A stretch of DNA of 64,000 nucleotides from positions 20,522,001 through 20,586,000 of the forward strand of contig OX597820.1 in assembly GCA_951406725.2 (NCBI GenBank), written 5' to 3'. Made by a program: the position numbers and the translations under genes. Origin of the DNA: Octopus vulgaris. Its lineage: Eukaryota. How positions within the stretch are numbered: the stretch's first letter is position 1; every line of letters begins with the position of its first letter. This document shows, one piece after another, positions 39,815-54,914 of the stretch. The notes under the pieces were generated by a model that had not been told where the DNA came from, did not search any database, and saw nothing but the letters and a program-made list of their open reading frames with translations.

Positions 39815-40120
39815 ATGTGCCCTTTTCAAGCCTAGCCAGGCTCATGGGCCCGGCTTCCCGGTTTCTATGGCGTATGTGTTCCCCCCAGCTGAACGGGACG
39901 CCAGTCCATCGCAACGTTACTCAAGAAGCAGGAAGAAAGAGTGAGAGAACGTTGGGACGAAAGAGTACAACAGGGGTCGACAGCACACCCTGCTGGAGAC
40001 TCGTGGAACTTTAGGTGTTTTCGCTCAATAAACACGCACAACGCCCGGTTTGGGGATCAAAACCACGATCCTCCGACCGCGAGTTCGCTGCCCTAACCAT
40101 TGGGCCATTGCGCCTCCACT
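39815..40120 (-). mobile_element. SINE family C
   Basis: Reverse complement of 4922-5225. Confidence 0.85.
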
Positions 40121-40214
40121 TTCGGTGTCAATGGCGTATGTATTTCCCACCTGGACGAGACGCCGGATTACTCACTTTTGCCAGCTGAGTGGACTGGACT
40201 GGAGCAACGTGAAA

Positions 40215-40945
40215 TGAGGGCTGCAATCAGAAAACCACTACTTTCAAAAACAAACGTTGCAAAGCGTTTAGAGTGGAGTAAAAACCTACAGAATTGATCC
40301 CTAGAGCAGTGGAAGAATTTTATTTTCTCGGACGAGTCATCCTTTACCTTATTTCCGACCACCGGCCGATTATACGTGTGGAGACAGCCAAAAGAATCCT
40401 TCTTCCAACTGTTAAACATGGAGAAGGATCTGTGATGATGTGAGGGGCTATAGCTTGGAAATCCGCCGGCCCGATGGTTTCCCTTCATAACAGAATTAAT
40501 AGTCAAGACTATTTAAGCAATTTATCTCATCAAATTCCTCCTATGGTTGCGGAACTGTTTCTGGAGGGGAACGCAATCTTGCAGGATGATAATGCACCAA
40601 TTCACTCAGGTAAAGTTGTTACTGAATGACACGAGGAACGTTCTAGTGAAGTTGAACATCTTATCTGACCACCACAGTCCACAGATCTCAATATTATGGA
40701 ACATTTATGGTGCATTTTAAAAAAAACAGAAAGGAGTCGATATCCTCAACCATCATCACTACAAGAACTGGAGAGTGTTTTAACTGAAGAATGGACAAAA
40801 ATACCTTTGGAAACAATTCAAACTTTGTACGAATCCATACTTCGTAGAATTCAAGGTGTAATAATTGTCAAAGGCGGTCCTACCCCATATTAGAATAAAT
40901 TTGTTTGAAGTTTTAAGGTGTTTCCATTATTTTGTCCAACCCCTG
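40215..40945 (+). mobile_element. Tc1-family (DD34E-type) transposon, 5'-truncated and pseudogenised
   Basis: RKPLLSKTNVAKRLEW, IFSDES, QDDNAPIH, PPQSTDLNIMEHLW, GGPTPY*; right TIR ...ATTTTGTCCAACCCCTG followed by TA. Confidence 0.9.
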
Positions 40946-41023
<78 letters not shown>

Positions 41024-41531
41024 CAGGGGTTGGACAAAATATATATATATATATATATATATACCTCATTTACTCTGTTACACGTTTCAGTCATTTGACT
41101 GCGGTCATGCTGGAGCACCACCTTTAGTCGAACAAATCGGCCCCAGGACTGTGAGGATCTCTAGGATTTCCTCTAGACATACGTTGCACACCCGCGATGT
41201 TCTATACTGTTTGGGCTTCCAGATGAGCAGCTACACAGGAAGCATTGGAAGCAACCTGATTTAGAACACAAGGGTATGACGGTATCTGTATTCCACCCCA
41301 CGTAGATAGGTGGTATGGAATTGGGAGGACATCATACTTGTTTAAAACAAAAACCTGATCCTCTGTGAGTCCCTTTTCTATTCTTCTACTTTTCTAACTT
41401 ATTCTTGCTATCCCTTTATTTCATTTCCGGATAAGTATGGGATCTGTTTCGTTTAAATAGACGCACCATATGTAATGACAGGTCTTCAAGGCTCCCTCAA
41501 GAAGTTAACAAGAATTTAAGAGTCCATAGCA

Positions 41532-41569
<38 letters not shown>

Positions 41570-41693
41570 TACATACAGAAAGAGAGGTAGTGAGGAGACG
41601 GGGAGTGAGGTTTTATAGACAGGTAACAAATGTATATCGATACATATATATATGCATACATACACACATATGTACATACATACATACACACAG

Positions 41694-41736
<43 letters not shown>

Positions 41737-41750
41737 CATACACACTCACT

Positions 41751-41806
<56 letters not shown>

Positions 41807-41810
41807 CACA

Positions 41811-43066
41811 TGAAGGGTGTTCATTAAAGTTTTCCCCTCAACCACTTCCGGTTACTGCAGGAAACGGAACTTGTATACGTATAATCATACATGTCTCCAC
41901 AGGTCACATTGCAAATCGCAGCTTTCCGCTAGCATTCAGTTGTCTTTTACGGTTACTGAAGTGGATTAAGGTGTTATAAAGGATGCAGTTGAATGCAGAT
42001 CAGTGATCTTATATACTTGAAAGGACGTAAACCGAAAGAGAATTTCGATGAGATGATAGAAGTTTAGTGAGACGATGCACCATCATATGGCCGTAGTCAA
42101 GCACTGGCATCATTAGTTCAAATATGGTCGGACATCGCTGGAAGCTGCTCCTATTCCTGAACCATCACATTCCGCCACTGATAGCGACATCATCCATAAA
42201 GTGGAAGCCGCCATCGTGGAGATCACCGCATAACTATTCGGTAACCTGCCTAAGAACTGAAGATAATTGTAGGGTTCGTGGAAAAAAACCATTCAAGACC
42301 ATTTGCACATGCGGATGTTGTCTGTACGATAGATTCCCTGGATACTCAGAATTTTTCAGAAGCTGGAACGAGACAATTGCTCTCAGCCTCTTTTGGCAAT
42401 GTGCAAAGAAAACGAGGAGGACTTTTTCGGCAGACTTATCACACAGAATGAAACATGGGTCCATCACGATGATCCTGAAACCAAAGTCCAGCCGGAGCAA
42501 TGGAAGCATGTTAACTCACACCTCCAAAGAAGGCTCGTGCCCAACACTCAGCAGGCAAGGTGATGCTCACCGTCTTTTGGGACCAGGGCGGAATAGTGAT
42601 GATGGATTTTCTGGCAAAGGGCACCACATTTAACGGGGTATATTATGCTTCTCTGCTGCAGAAATTGTGGGACACCATCAAAGCCGAGAGGTGTGGCATG
42701 ATGATCAAAGGAGCTTGTCTCCTCTAAGACAGTGCCCCTGTTCACAATGTGTATGTTACTCAGATGAAAGCACACTCCAGTGGCTATGAAAACCTTCGTC
42801 ATCCCCCTACTCTCACGACCTCACACCATCTGACTTCCACCTCTTTCCAACAATGAAGTCTTTTTAGAAGGGGAAACACTTTTCGGATGATGATGAACTT
42901 ATTTCCGACTTCTACAGAGGTGGTCTTCACAGCACCATAAAGCGATGGGAGAAGTGTGTCACCGCTGGCGGTGGCTATGTAAAAAAGGACTAAAACTTAT
43001 GCCAAGTTTCGTTTATTCCAGTCCTTGTGAAGTAGATTAGGGGAAATCTTTAATAAACACTCCTCG
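41811..43066 (+). mobile_element. Near full-length decayed mariner (DD34D-type)
   Basis: Imperfect TIRs GAAGGGTGTTCATTAAAGTTTTCCCCT / AGGGGAAATCTTTAATAAACACTCCTCG; ETWVHHDDPETK, SAGKVMLTVFWD, L*DSAPVH, DLTPSDFHLF. Confidence 0.88.
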
Positions 43067-43847
43067 TGTGTGTGTCTCTCTCTCTATATATATATATAAT
43101 ACAAAATGGGACAAGACCGCAAAACATCCGGACAGCTAGGTGATACAAAAAGGGACAGCAAAATATCCAGATAGATGATACAAAGAAGACAAGGACGGGT
43201 CATTCAAAGTTTTCTTTTCTCAGTCAAGCACTAGATTATCCTCGCAATTTCGGCTGCTTATTCTTAAGATTGCTCCAATCTTGCCAGCCCCAATGATAAA
43301 CTAAGCTAAGAGCATTAGATTCCTTGGAAGAAAGCAGCGAATGTACGCAAAAACAAGGACAGAAAAACGGACAATGTTACACAAATATAAAAACAATAAA
43401 AATACAATAAAAATAATAACAGGTGTCTTTTGACTAAGGACGAATTGAATTAAGCTGGTGCGTGTGGAAATGAAGCCTTACGGCAGATATACAAGAGTTT
43501 CACAAACACAGGGAAGAATATCGGTGTTGCACGGACAACGGTCAGACCAAGAAAGAAAGAACAGGTTTGGCCGAGGCAGTCACGTGGGAAGAGAAGAGAG
43601 AGAAGTAGAAGCAGAGGGACAGAAGAATTAAGGAGGGGCGAGAAAAAATGACAGGGACACAGTGAAGTGAAAAGGGAAGGGAAAGTAAGTAATAAGAGAA
43701 GGCAAAGAAATGTGAGAGAGGGGGAACGAAAGAACGAAGAGTGGAATGAACGAATAAGCGTGAAGAGGCTGATCGACAGAAATAGAGTCGTACAAGATTT
43801 AGATAAATATATACTTACATATAAGAGACTTAAGTGTACGTACGCCG

Positions 43848-43942
<95 letters not shown>

Positions 43943-43986
43943 TACTACTACTACCACCATCATCATCATCATCATCATCATTATCA

Positions 43987-44048
<62 letters not shown>

Positions 44049-45295
44049 TAAGTTATGTATGCATACATATATGCGCAGCAATTATAGTTGAATGATTAAG
44101 AAGTGTCGATCCCTACTTCGAGAATGAAATCGGAGTTGAAAGAAACTGGATTATTCCTTTAATTAAAACGATATAATCTCGTTACTCACTGTGTCATCTT
44201 CATTTTACCTTAGTATTGCATTAAGTGTACAGGCTTTTGTGGAATGCTCAGTTATTAACATGTTAATTCAGGAGCAGATAATCCAATTGATCACACAACT
44301 GAATCATCGTCGTCCAACTTTCGAGATACACCACCGTGTGTGACTGTATGCATATTAAAAGTTATACCAAGAGAGCCCCCATATCAAATGATTCTAAAAA
44401 CGTTTCCACAAATTGTCGTATTAATACACGTGAAGTGGTGATCTGAAAACGAAACAAAACATGTACAAAATCAAAAATGAATTAAAATTACGTTGTCTGG
44501 AAATTCTTTCCAGCGATATTAGAGTAGCCATATAGGAAGAACCATCGTGTTCTATATTTAGAAATTAACGATCTTCCGTATGAGATGAATAACATTATAC
44601 GCTAAGAAGCCGCTGAAATTATGCTAACACACATACATGGAAATATCTAATACATTTCTAATTACAAGATTCATATAAAACAGAAACGGCAAATATGCAA
44701 AGAATAGAGACATTTTTACATCTTCATAAAATCTGTAATTTTTCATTGTTAATTTGTGTTTTTTTTATATATTCTTTCTGTTCATATACACTAGTCTTGT
44801 GTATCGGTGTGTATGTGTGTACTTATTAATATTATTATTATTATTATTTTTTTTTTTTTTCAATAATTAAACTTTATTTTTATTGCATTTGGCGAAATAC
44901 CAAATCTAGTAATTACCTCATCATACAGACTTATGAAATATATAAAATTATATTTCAGTTACGATAGCAACAAAACAACCCAGAGAAAGCAAAAAAAAAA
45001 AAAAAAATGCAATGCAAAGATGTATGCGAGAACTGATAAGTTTTGGCAGTAGTATTAGTAGTAGAAACCATATACTATATACTATAATTGAAATTATGTT
45101 TATGTTTCACCTTTAACCTTCTCAGGTTCAGCGAGTTATTCGCAGAAAAAATATCTAAGAAATATAATATCACTTTGTATATAAAATAGTAATGTGATGT
45201 CAAACTTAACGTCTATGAGTTTGCAATACTAAATGGCTGTGATTCGATACTTTATGACTCAACCTTATATGAAATAATATATAAAGAAACTGAAC

Positions 45296-45817
<522 letters not shown>

Positions 45818-46219
45818 TTAGTTGTGGAAATACAAGTTTCTGAGTCAACGATATGAGAGCTGATAAAAGAACAACTTGGCTTCCTGCTTTTTATTTGAAA
45901 ACATTTTGGACGACTTGTCAGCTGAGAAATTAAGGAAGTATTCTAAGAAACGATCTTTGATTAATTTTTTGTACCTGAGATTATTTTCTGATCAACCCAA
46001 AGATATTATACAATATTATACGAAAAAACAAATGCCGTACTCAACTAGCTGCAAGACAAACACATCATTATGTACGATCCCCATTTGGAAACAGTAGTTT
46101 CGCTTAATTACATAAATGCTTCGAACGTGACGACAAGATAAAGAGACTTTGTTCCTAATCAATACAAAACAATATTTTCAGTAGCAGGCGCTCTTCTTTT
46201 TTTTTTAATTTTTCTATCA

Positions 46220-46512
46220 CTTTTACCCTTTTACTCTTTTACTTGTTTCAGTCATTTGACTGCGGCCATGCTGGAGCACCGCCTTTAGTCGAGCAAATCG
46301 ACCCCGGGACTTATTCTTTTGTAAGCCTAGTATTTATTCTATCGGTCACTTTTGCCGAACCGCTAAGTTACGGGGATGTAAACACACCAGCATCGGTTGT
46401 CAAGAGATGTTGGGGGGACAAACACAGACACACAAACATATGCACACACATACACGCATACACACACACACACACACGCACACACATACACACACATACA
46501 CACATACACACA

Positions 46513-46558
<46 letters not shown>

Positions 46559-46718
46559 CATATATACTTATATATATATACACATATATACGACGGGCTT
46601 CTTTCTAGTTTCTGTTTACTGAATCCACTCACAAGGCTTTGGTCGGCCCGAGGCCGACCAAATACACTTGCACAAGGTGCCACGCAGTGGGACTGAACTC
46701 GGAATCATGTGGTTGGTA
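46220..46718 (-). mobile_element. SINE family A with expanded internal (CA)n
   Basis: Similarity to other copies. Confidence 0.85.
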
Positions 46719-46884
46719 TTACAATTTTTCTTAAATATTTCGTCGGATTCCAGAATATGAATGCTGGCTGTCCGAATATGGTTCCAATATTAATGGCTAT
46801 GATATTTCTGGTAACTCACCAGAGCCAATTATTCTTTTCTTTAGCTAGCATCGGAGTAGAGCCTATTCATTAATTCTTCCTCAT

Positions 46885-48040
46885 TTTGGCACAAAGCTAG
46901 CAAATTTATAGGGAGGTGGACGCGGTTATATTCACCCCAGTGCTCAACTGGTACTTATTTCATCAACCCCGAAAGAATTAAAGGAAAAGTCGATCTCGGT
47001 GGCATTTGAATTCAGGATGTAAAGAGCCGGAAGGAATGTCGCTAACCTTTTTGTTCGACACGATAACAATTCTGCCAGGATACCACTTCGATGTCTGGTA
47101 AATTAATAATGGTTTCAAATTTTGGCAGTGTCAGCACTTTTTGAGAGGAAGAGGAAGTCAATTACATCGACCCCAAGACTTGATTGTTATTTATTTTATC
47201 GACCACGAAAAGATGAAAGGAAAAGTCGACTACGGATGCATTTGAAACCAGAACGTAAAGGCGAACGTAATGTTGCTAAGCATTTTGCCTGGCGTGCTAA
47301 CGATTCTGCCAGCTCACCACCTTTAATTTAATAATATCCTTTCTATAAAACCACAAGGCCTGAAATTTTGCGGCAAGAGATTATATCGACCCTGGTGCTT
47401 CACTGATACTTAATTTATCAACCTCCTCCCCGGCTAAAAAAAAAAAACTTGAAAGGGAAACACAACCTCCATGGAATTTGAACTCAGAATGTAAAACACA
47501 TAAAATACCGATAAGCATTTCGCCCGGCGTCCTAACGTTTCTGCCAGATCGCCGCCTTTGCTCGCTATTAATAATAACATATACATTAAGGCAGCGAGCT
47601 GGCAGCCTCGTCAGCACGCCGGGCAAAATGCTTAGCAGCATTTCGTCCGTATTTATGTTGTGAGTTCAAATTCTGTAGAGGTCCACTTTGTCTTTCATCC
47701 TTTCGGTGTCGATAAAATAAGTATCAGTTAAGCGCTGTGGTTGAGGTAACCGACTTATCCCCTCCCACGAAATACTGGCCTTGTGCCAAAGTTTGAAACC
47801 AATGATAACATCCACATAGGGGTGTATTCGCAGAATCGTTAACTCTTCGGGCAAAATGACTTTCGATATCCTTTCCGGCTCTTTATGTCCTGAGTTCAAA
47901 TTCCATTGATTTCAGCTTTTGCCTTTCATTGCTTCTGGGTGAAGAAAATAAAAAAACCGGTCTAATATTGGGGGAGAAGTAATCGATTAATCCCTTCCAC
48001 CAAATTGTATCTATGTTGTGTCTATGTTATAAATAATTAT
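46885..48040. mobile_element. Cluster of about five older SINE B copies (three minus, then two plus)
   Basis: Repeated diverged core GAGTTCAAATT..GAGGTC.ACTTTG.CTTTCATCC. Confidence 0.7.
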
Positions 48041-48445
48041 TATAAATGACATCCGCATTTCTCTCCCATCTTGTTTCACTCATTCAATGTTGTAGTCACT
48101 GGGACACAACAAGATAAATTATCTTTATGATGTCATTATAAAGGGTAATAATTCCCCTCATATTCTGACCTATATGAATGTCGTAACATTCTAAGATAAC
48201 AAAACGCTAATCAGTCGCACGATACCTCGCTACTTATCTATAAAAGCATAAAAGCTATTCAGAATTAGTTATTCTGGCTCACTGGAAGTTGGGTGACATT
48301 GTTAGGGATATAGAACAGAGCTGATTACGTAATACAAAGCATTAATCAACTTATTTGATATCCTCTCTACTGTCCTTGAGGAATTCGGGGTGTCTTTCCT
48401 ATTAGTTTATCTTTCCCTTATTGTTTCAGGTAAACATAAAAGGGG

Positions 48446-48783
48446 TCAAGCCCCACTTCGATCATGAATGACCATGGAATTGCGCCTAGAAAGCGACCCT
48501 CCGAAGCACAAGTCTGGGCAAGGTTGTTTAAGGGAAACCAACCGTCGTCCATTCATACCAGCCTTCCCTGTCCATGCCACTGATGTTATCCAAAGGAAAA
48601 GCAAAGGCCGATACAGCTTGGTACCAGTGACGTCGCAACCCGTTTCTACAGCTGAATGAACAGGAACAATGTGAATTAAATGTCTTGTTCCAGAACACGA
48701 TACACCTCCCGGTCTGGGATTCGAACTCACTACTTCATGATTGTAAGCCCGACGCTCTAATCACTGAAGCATGCACCTTCACG
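48446..48783 (-). mobile_element. tRNA-derived SINE (family D)
   Basis: Minus head CAGTGATTAGAGCGTCGGGC...GAGTTCGAATCCCAGACCGGG with A- and B-boxes. Confidence 0.7.
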
Positions 48784-49274
48784 TAAATGTAAACACGGAA
48801 ATAAAGTAGGTTTGTTGTTCCAAATTTACCAAACGTGGAGTTACCTTGCTAAAAAAAATCCCTCTTTTTATTATTCTCATTCATTGCTGAGTTTTCTTCA
48901 CCGAGATACAAATATTTATTTGGTATGTTACCATCTAAGGTAGGAATGTTATGCTTACCTTAATTTCACTTCAATTCGACTTCATCATAGAGTCATGATG
49001 ACCAAGTTACTTAACTCACAAGTCACGTAACCGTGTCCCATCAAGGTCGTTTTGCTACACTTTTGATAAAGACTCATGATTTAATTATTCATGCCATAGT
49101 TTATCTTAAAACTGTGTATTTATTTAAGTCAATGGTTAAAGAAGTGTTTTGTGATCGCTTACTCCCAAGAAATATGACATACAACTTCTAATCAATTTTA
49201 AGCAATTTGGGAAACGGCATAAATTCAGTGGCATCAGGACTTTTCGGTTATACAGACACATAGACAAACACAAC

Positions 49275-49690
49275 GCGGCGAGCTGGCAGAAACGTTAGCA
49301 TGCCGGGCGAAATGCTTAGCGGTATTTCGTCTGCCGTTACGTTCTGAGTTCAAATTCCGCCGAGGTAAACTTTGCTTTTCATCCTTTCGGGGTCGATAAA
49401 TAAAATACCAGTTTCGCACTGGGGTCGATGTAATCGACTTAATCCCTTTGTCTGTTCTTGTTTGTCCCCCTCTATATTTAGCCCCTTGTGGGTAATAAAG
49501 AAATAGGTATTTCGTCTGCCGTTACGTTCTGAGTTCAAATTCCGCCGAGGTCGACTTTACCTTTCATCCTTTCGGGGTCGATAAATAAAGTACCAGTTTC
49601 GCACCGGGGTCGATGTAATCGACTTAATGCGTTTTGACTGTCCTTGTTTGTCCCCTCAGTGTTTAGCACCTTGTGGGCAGTAAAGAAATA
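49275..49690 (+). mobile_element. SINE family B tandem dimer
   Basis: Head plus two core+tail-1 units. Confidence 0.85.
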
Positions 49691-51999
49691 TATACAAACA
49701 CTCACATATACGCACATACACACTTACATATATGCACACACGCACAGAGACACACACGCATACACATTTACACGCGCGCACACATGCATATAGACGTAAT
49801 GTAAATGTGTAAGAGTACTTCTATGGTAGCAAGTGTGTACATGTGTCTGGCATAAAAAGCCTTTGATTTTTCACATTATATATTTGTTTGTGTTTATGTA
49901 TATTATGTTTGGTAAATATGTTTGTCGATTTATTACAAAGTTAATTGTGGGCAGTAAAGACGCAAGACCATTCGTTTATTGACTAATATTTCACATCTCG
50001 GGTACAAATCATAAAAAGAATTAAGTGACGTAATCTAAAAAAAGCAGCAATTTCTGTAATAAATGCTTATTGAACGAGTCATTTCAGTAATGTGAGCCAG
50101 CTGATTGCAATTAATATATTATTAGTCATTTAGTACGTGATTCACTAAAGATTTTATATGATTTAATTTTTAGGAAGGTCAGTACAAATCGTTTTACACA
50201 CTTATATTGAGTCACTGATGTTTAGAATATAAACTCTATGATGTTTGAAGGAGGAAGTGGAAGAAAATGGGGAAAGTCTTGGCAATGATAATTGCTTGTT
50301 TAGGAAATTCTTAAAGCAGTGCAATGCTACCCAAGCAACTTATATCCAATAAACCTACATTCTGTAGATTTTTCTTCGATTTTTGCAGACATCAGTTTTA
50401 TTGGAGATACACTGTGCTTCATATTGGAAATACATTTAGCTTCGTGATATCTTTATCTTGATTCCTTAGTTGATGTTATTACAGGTGAAATATATTTTGT
50501 TGAGGTAATAAATGGATAGAGTAGATTAGCTGCCTATTGAAGATTTTACAAATATAATCATTGTTCAAACATTAGTTTCACATTGAAGAATTGTCTTTGT
50601 TTTATTATATTGATTATAGTTACTGGGGTTATACTGATACTAAGTATAAACAATACTGACTATTTAACTGCTTGCTTATATTAAATGCAAACAATTAATT
50701 ATATAGGATTAGCAGGAAACTGATGGTCATTGCCTTTATTATTCACACCGATTAATAAGGTTAAATGAGATTGTATATAAACAAAGTTTTCCCCAAAGCA
50801 TTATCAATGTCAGGAATGATGTAAAACGAGTTACATACAAGAAGAACTGAATGCAATCGCGCGGTCTTGTTCCCAGCAGCTCGGAACTATTTGTCAAATT
50901 GGAATCAATGAAGATGCTTCAACGTAGCAAAAAATCAATATGGTGATTATCACTAGAGGTTATTCAAATGAAGTTGCTCCAGCCAAGCGAAATGAATTAT
51001 TCGTGTAATCTTTAAAAGCGTATAGTTTTGGTCTGTGATCAAATGCAGCAGAAAATTATCTGTATCCAAGTAAAGATAATTTGACACCATATTTGAGTAT
51101 TATTTGATAATAAGTTAGGAGTGATCGTAGCTGCAACAATTATGAATAAGGAGACATTTAAATTTACACAATATTTCCGTTTTCATATTTCCATTATAAA
51201 ACAAAATATGTAAAATAAAAAAATGAAGCGCAGTCAAGACTGTTACGCCATGTGCAGGAATGTACAAGGAGGAGGTTATGGGCGAATTGTATTTTATATT
51301 TCACTCTGTAAACTTTTGATAGCCTAGGATCTCTTCTCAGATCTGTGGTTTCACTTGAAGATCTTGAGTGCACAAGCTTCCGATATTCTCATTAAATGGC
51401 TCACTAAACTTTATGAAATCCGCATTCCTTTATGTTCCATAATGTGCATGCGTTTTGGACAATTAGTATAGCTAATGTTATAGTTCTTACCTTCAGTAAC
51501 ATGCCCAGGGTGTCGAGAGAGAGGTGATTAACTTTTAAATAAAATATTCTTCTAAGTATAAGGAAACCACTTTTAAGTTAAAATTATATTTATTGAATTT
51601 AAACGGGGTGTAAAACAAAGCTTTTAGTTTTTGATAACATTTTCAAAGATAGTAAGTGAAACGTTAATATAAATATGGAAAAGAAAAGAAAGCGGGTAGA
51701 AATAAAAATTGCATGTTACTGCGGTTGGGCATGAAGAGAATAATTCTGTATGCTTATGTAATATCTTAATGTGATGCTTCAAGATCAATAGATTTTCCAT
51801 TATCCTGAGATTATAAAAGATATTTAATTTCACGTAAATTAGCGCTGTATCTAAAAAGATACCACTTAGTAACATGCCATTATTTTTCAATAACTATAGA
51901 TCAGTTGCAGATTTAGTGTCCATTGTTCTCTGTAATGTTCGAAATGTAAAGATATGCTGTCGACGCCGGCAATTTAATTACTTCGCTCTCGTACCTATG

Positions 52000-52310
52000 T
52001 ACTAGCACTCCGTCGGTTACGACGACACAGTTTTCAGTTGATCCGATCAATGGAACAGCCTGCTCGTGAAATTAACATGAAAGTGGTTGAGCTCTCCACA
52101 GACACGTGTAGCCTTAACGTAATTCCCAGGGAGATTCAGCGTGAATCAGAATGTGACAACGCTGGTCGGTCCTTTGAAATACTGGCACATCTCCTTTTTG
52201 CCAGCTGAGCGGTTTGGAGCAACAAGGACACAACGCACAGCTGGGAATCGAACTCACGAACTTACGATGATAAGCTGAATACACTAACCACTAAGCCACG
52301 CAACTTCACC
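52000..52310 (-). mobile_element. tRNA-derived SINE (family E); related fragments near 13090-13230 and 44150-44340
   Basis: Minus head GTGGCTTAGTGGTTAG...GAGTTCGATTCCC. Confidence 0.65.
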
Positions 52311-52478
52311 AAACCTGTATAACCAGTGGCATTTTAGTTAACGTTTTATGTGATGGAGTAATAAGAGATTCCTCCAAGCAGCTTCCCTTGACTGTTACAA
52401 ATGGGAATTGCATTTTTTACCTCTATTGTTTGTCACTGGAGACTTAAATTACTCAGTATTTCTTTATTAACCATGGAT

Positions 52479-52764
52479 ACTCTTTTACTCTTTTACTTGT
52501 TTCAGTCATTTGACTGTGGCCATGCTGGAGCAGCGCCTTTAGTCGAACAAATCGACCGCAGGACTTATTTTTGTAAGCCTACTACTTATTCTATCGGTCT
52601 CTTTTGTCGAACTGTTAAGTTACGGGGACGTAAACACACCAGCATCGGTTGTCAAACACAGGGGACAAACACAGACACACATATATAACATACACACACA
52701 TACATACATACATACATACATACATACATACATACATACATACATACATACATACATACATACA

Positions 52765-52798
<34 letters not shown>

Positions 52799-52963
52799 CA
52801 CGACGGGCTTCTTTCAGTTTCCGTCTACCAAATCCACTCACAAGGCTTCGGCCGTCCCGAGGACATAGTAGAAGACACTTGCCCAAGGTGTCACGCAGTG
52901 GGACTGAACCTGGAGCCATGTGGTTGATAAGCAAGCTACTTACCACACAGCCACTCCTACGCC
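52479..52963 (-). mobile_element. SINE family A with internal (TACA)n
   Basis: Similarity to other copies. Confidence 0.85.
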
Positions 52964-54142
52964 GATGTTCATTTTATTTTCATTGCAATCTATATTTTCA
53001 TTTTAGCTTATAATCTTCTGTTTCCCCTTCAAATTATACTTCAGGTTTAATTAATTTAATAGCAAAATTAACTGAACCTCGTTCCGTTACTAAATTAATC
53101 AGTATCTACGGGCGGGGAAATATACACTTTATCAGGAGGAAAACAGAAAATTTCTATTAAAAATGCATTTCTATTCGAACCCGCGATCCCTCGACCACGA
53201 GTCCGCTGCTCTAACCACTAGGCCATGCGCCTTCACCCCTTAATTTATAAACGTATTCAATCCCGGTAATCTCAGTAGAGGACATATAATACCATTGATA
53301 CTTTTCAAGCAGTAGAGTGAAAGAAAGGATCGTTTCCAACGTTTAGTTTTGATCTATCCTGATTGATGTAAAACGGTTCTGAGTTTTGTTTTATAGGGAA
53401 ACTGGATATTGGTAAATAAATTTGCATTCTTTATAAAATTGTGAAAGTCTCCAGCCCACAGGAAAATGGCCAATCTAAGAAAACAACAGACAAAGAAAAG
53501 CGATATTAAAAATCCTTGTAAGGCGACGAGCTGGCAGAAACATTACCGTGCCGGATATAGTGCTTAATGGTATTCTTTCTGGCTCTTTGCGTTTTGAGTT
53601 TAAATGCCACAGCAGTCGATGTACGTGATCCCTTCGCCTCAAAATTGCTTGCCTTGTGCCGCCAATATTATAAAAAATAATTAAGAGCGTCACTTTACAT
53701 CAATAAATTGTACCTCTCAGTCAACATGCTCCGGTGTATCCAGATATAATGCAATTTTCTTTTAAACTACTTGGTGTATTTTACATATATGACTTATAGG
53801 AAAAAGATTAAAGGCATAAGTTAAACAGCATTTAGCATATTGTGAATGATAGTGATTTGGATTGGCAGTATTTTATCTTTCATCCTTCCATGGTCGATGT
53901 AACAAATTGCCTGTCATGTATAGGGATCAATTTAATCTACTATAACCTCAGCAAAAATTGAGAGCATTGTTATTTACGTTAGATATTAATGTTTACTGGT
54001 ATAAGAGAGTTGAGGATTAGCAGAAGCAATAGAGCAAGCTTCAAATAAAATATCCAGAGGTATTTTGTTAAGTGATTATATCTGTGAGTTCGAATACCTT
54101 CGAGGTCGATTTTGCCATTCATCTTTAACAAGTAGAAATATT

Positions 54143-54530
54143 AGGCGCAGGAGTGGTTGTGAGGTAAGTAGCTTGCTTACCAACCACATGGTTCCGGGTT
54201 CAGTCCCACTGCGTGGCACCTTCGGCAAGTGTCTTCTACTATAGCCTCGGACTGACCAAAGCCTTGTGAGTGGATTTGGTAGACGGAAACTGAAAGAAGC
54301 TCGTCGTATATATGTTTGTGTGTCTGTGTTTCTCCCCCCCCCCCAACATAGCTTGAAAACCGATGCTGGTGTGTTTGCGTTCCCGTAGCTTAGCGGTTCG
54401 GCAAATGAGACCGATATAATAAGTACTAGGCTTACGAAGAATAAGTCCTGGGGTCGATTTGCTCGACTAAAGGCGGTGCTCCAGCATGGCCGCAGTCAAA
54501 TGACTGAAACAAGTAAAAGAGTAAAAGAGA
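54143..54530 (+). mobile_element. SINE family A, full length
   Basis: Head and tail modules. Confidence 0.85.
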
Positions 54531-54579
54531 GAGTATATTGTGAACGATATAATCGACCGTTCCCCGTCCGAAATGAGCA

Positions 54580-54790
54580 TCTGGTAGAAACGTTAGCACG
54601 CTGGACGAAATGCCGCTACGTTCTGAGTTCAAATTCCGCCGAGGTCGACTTTGCCTTTCATCCTTTCGGGGTCGATTAAATAAGTACCAGTTACGCACTG
54701 GGGTCGATATAATCGACTTAATCCCTTTGTCTGTCCTTGTTTGTCCCCTCTGTGTTTAGCCCCTTGTGGGTAGTAAAGAAATAGGTATTA
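54580..54790 (+). mobile_element. SINE family B monomer
   Basis: Core plus tail-1. Confidence 0.8.
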
Positions 54791-54914
54791 AGTTAAAATC
54801 AAAACCGATCATTTAAAGAAAGAACAGAGCCCTTTGCAAAGACTTTTGTTGATTCTCTTACACTTAAGATCAATATTATTGGTGTTCAGTGATACAATAA
54901 ATTTGTAGGGGGTT

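Noticed and set aside
42124-42633. 169-aa ORF as a host gene
   Set aside because: Mostly off-frame reading of a decayed mariner transposase.
43100-43800. Hammerhead-like topology at ~43220-43300 minus (GGCTG...CAGCC-GAAA)
   Set aside because: No CUGANGA core; probably a repeat island but not supportable as a ribozyme.
53172-53237. Possible tRNA gene on the minus strand
   Set aside because: Matches the SINE C-type head; no complete acceptor stem.
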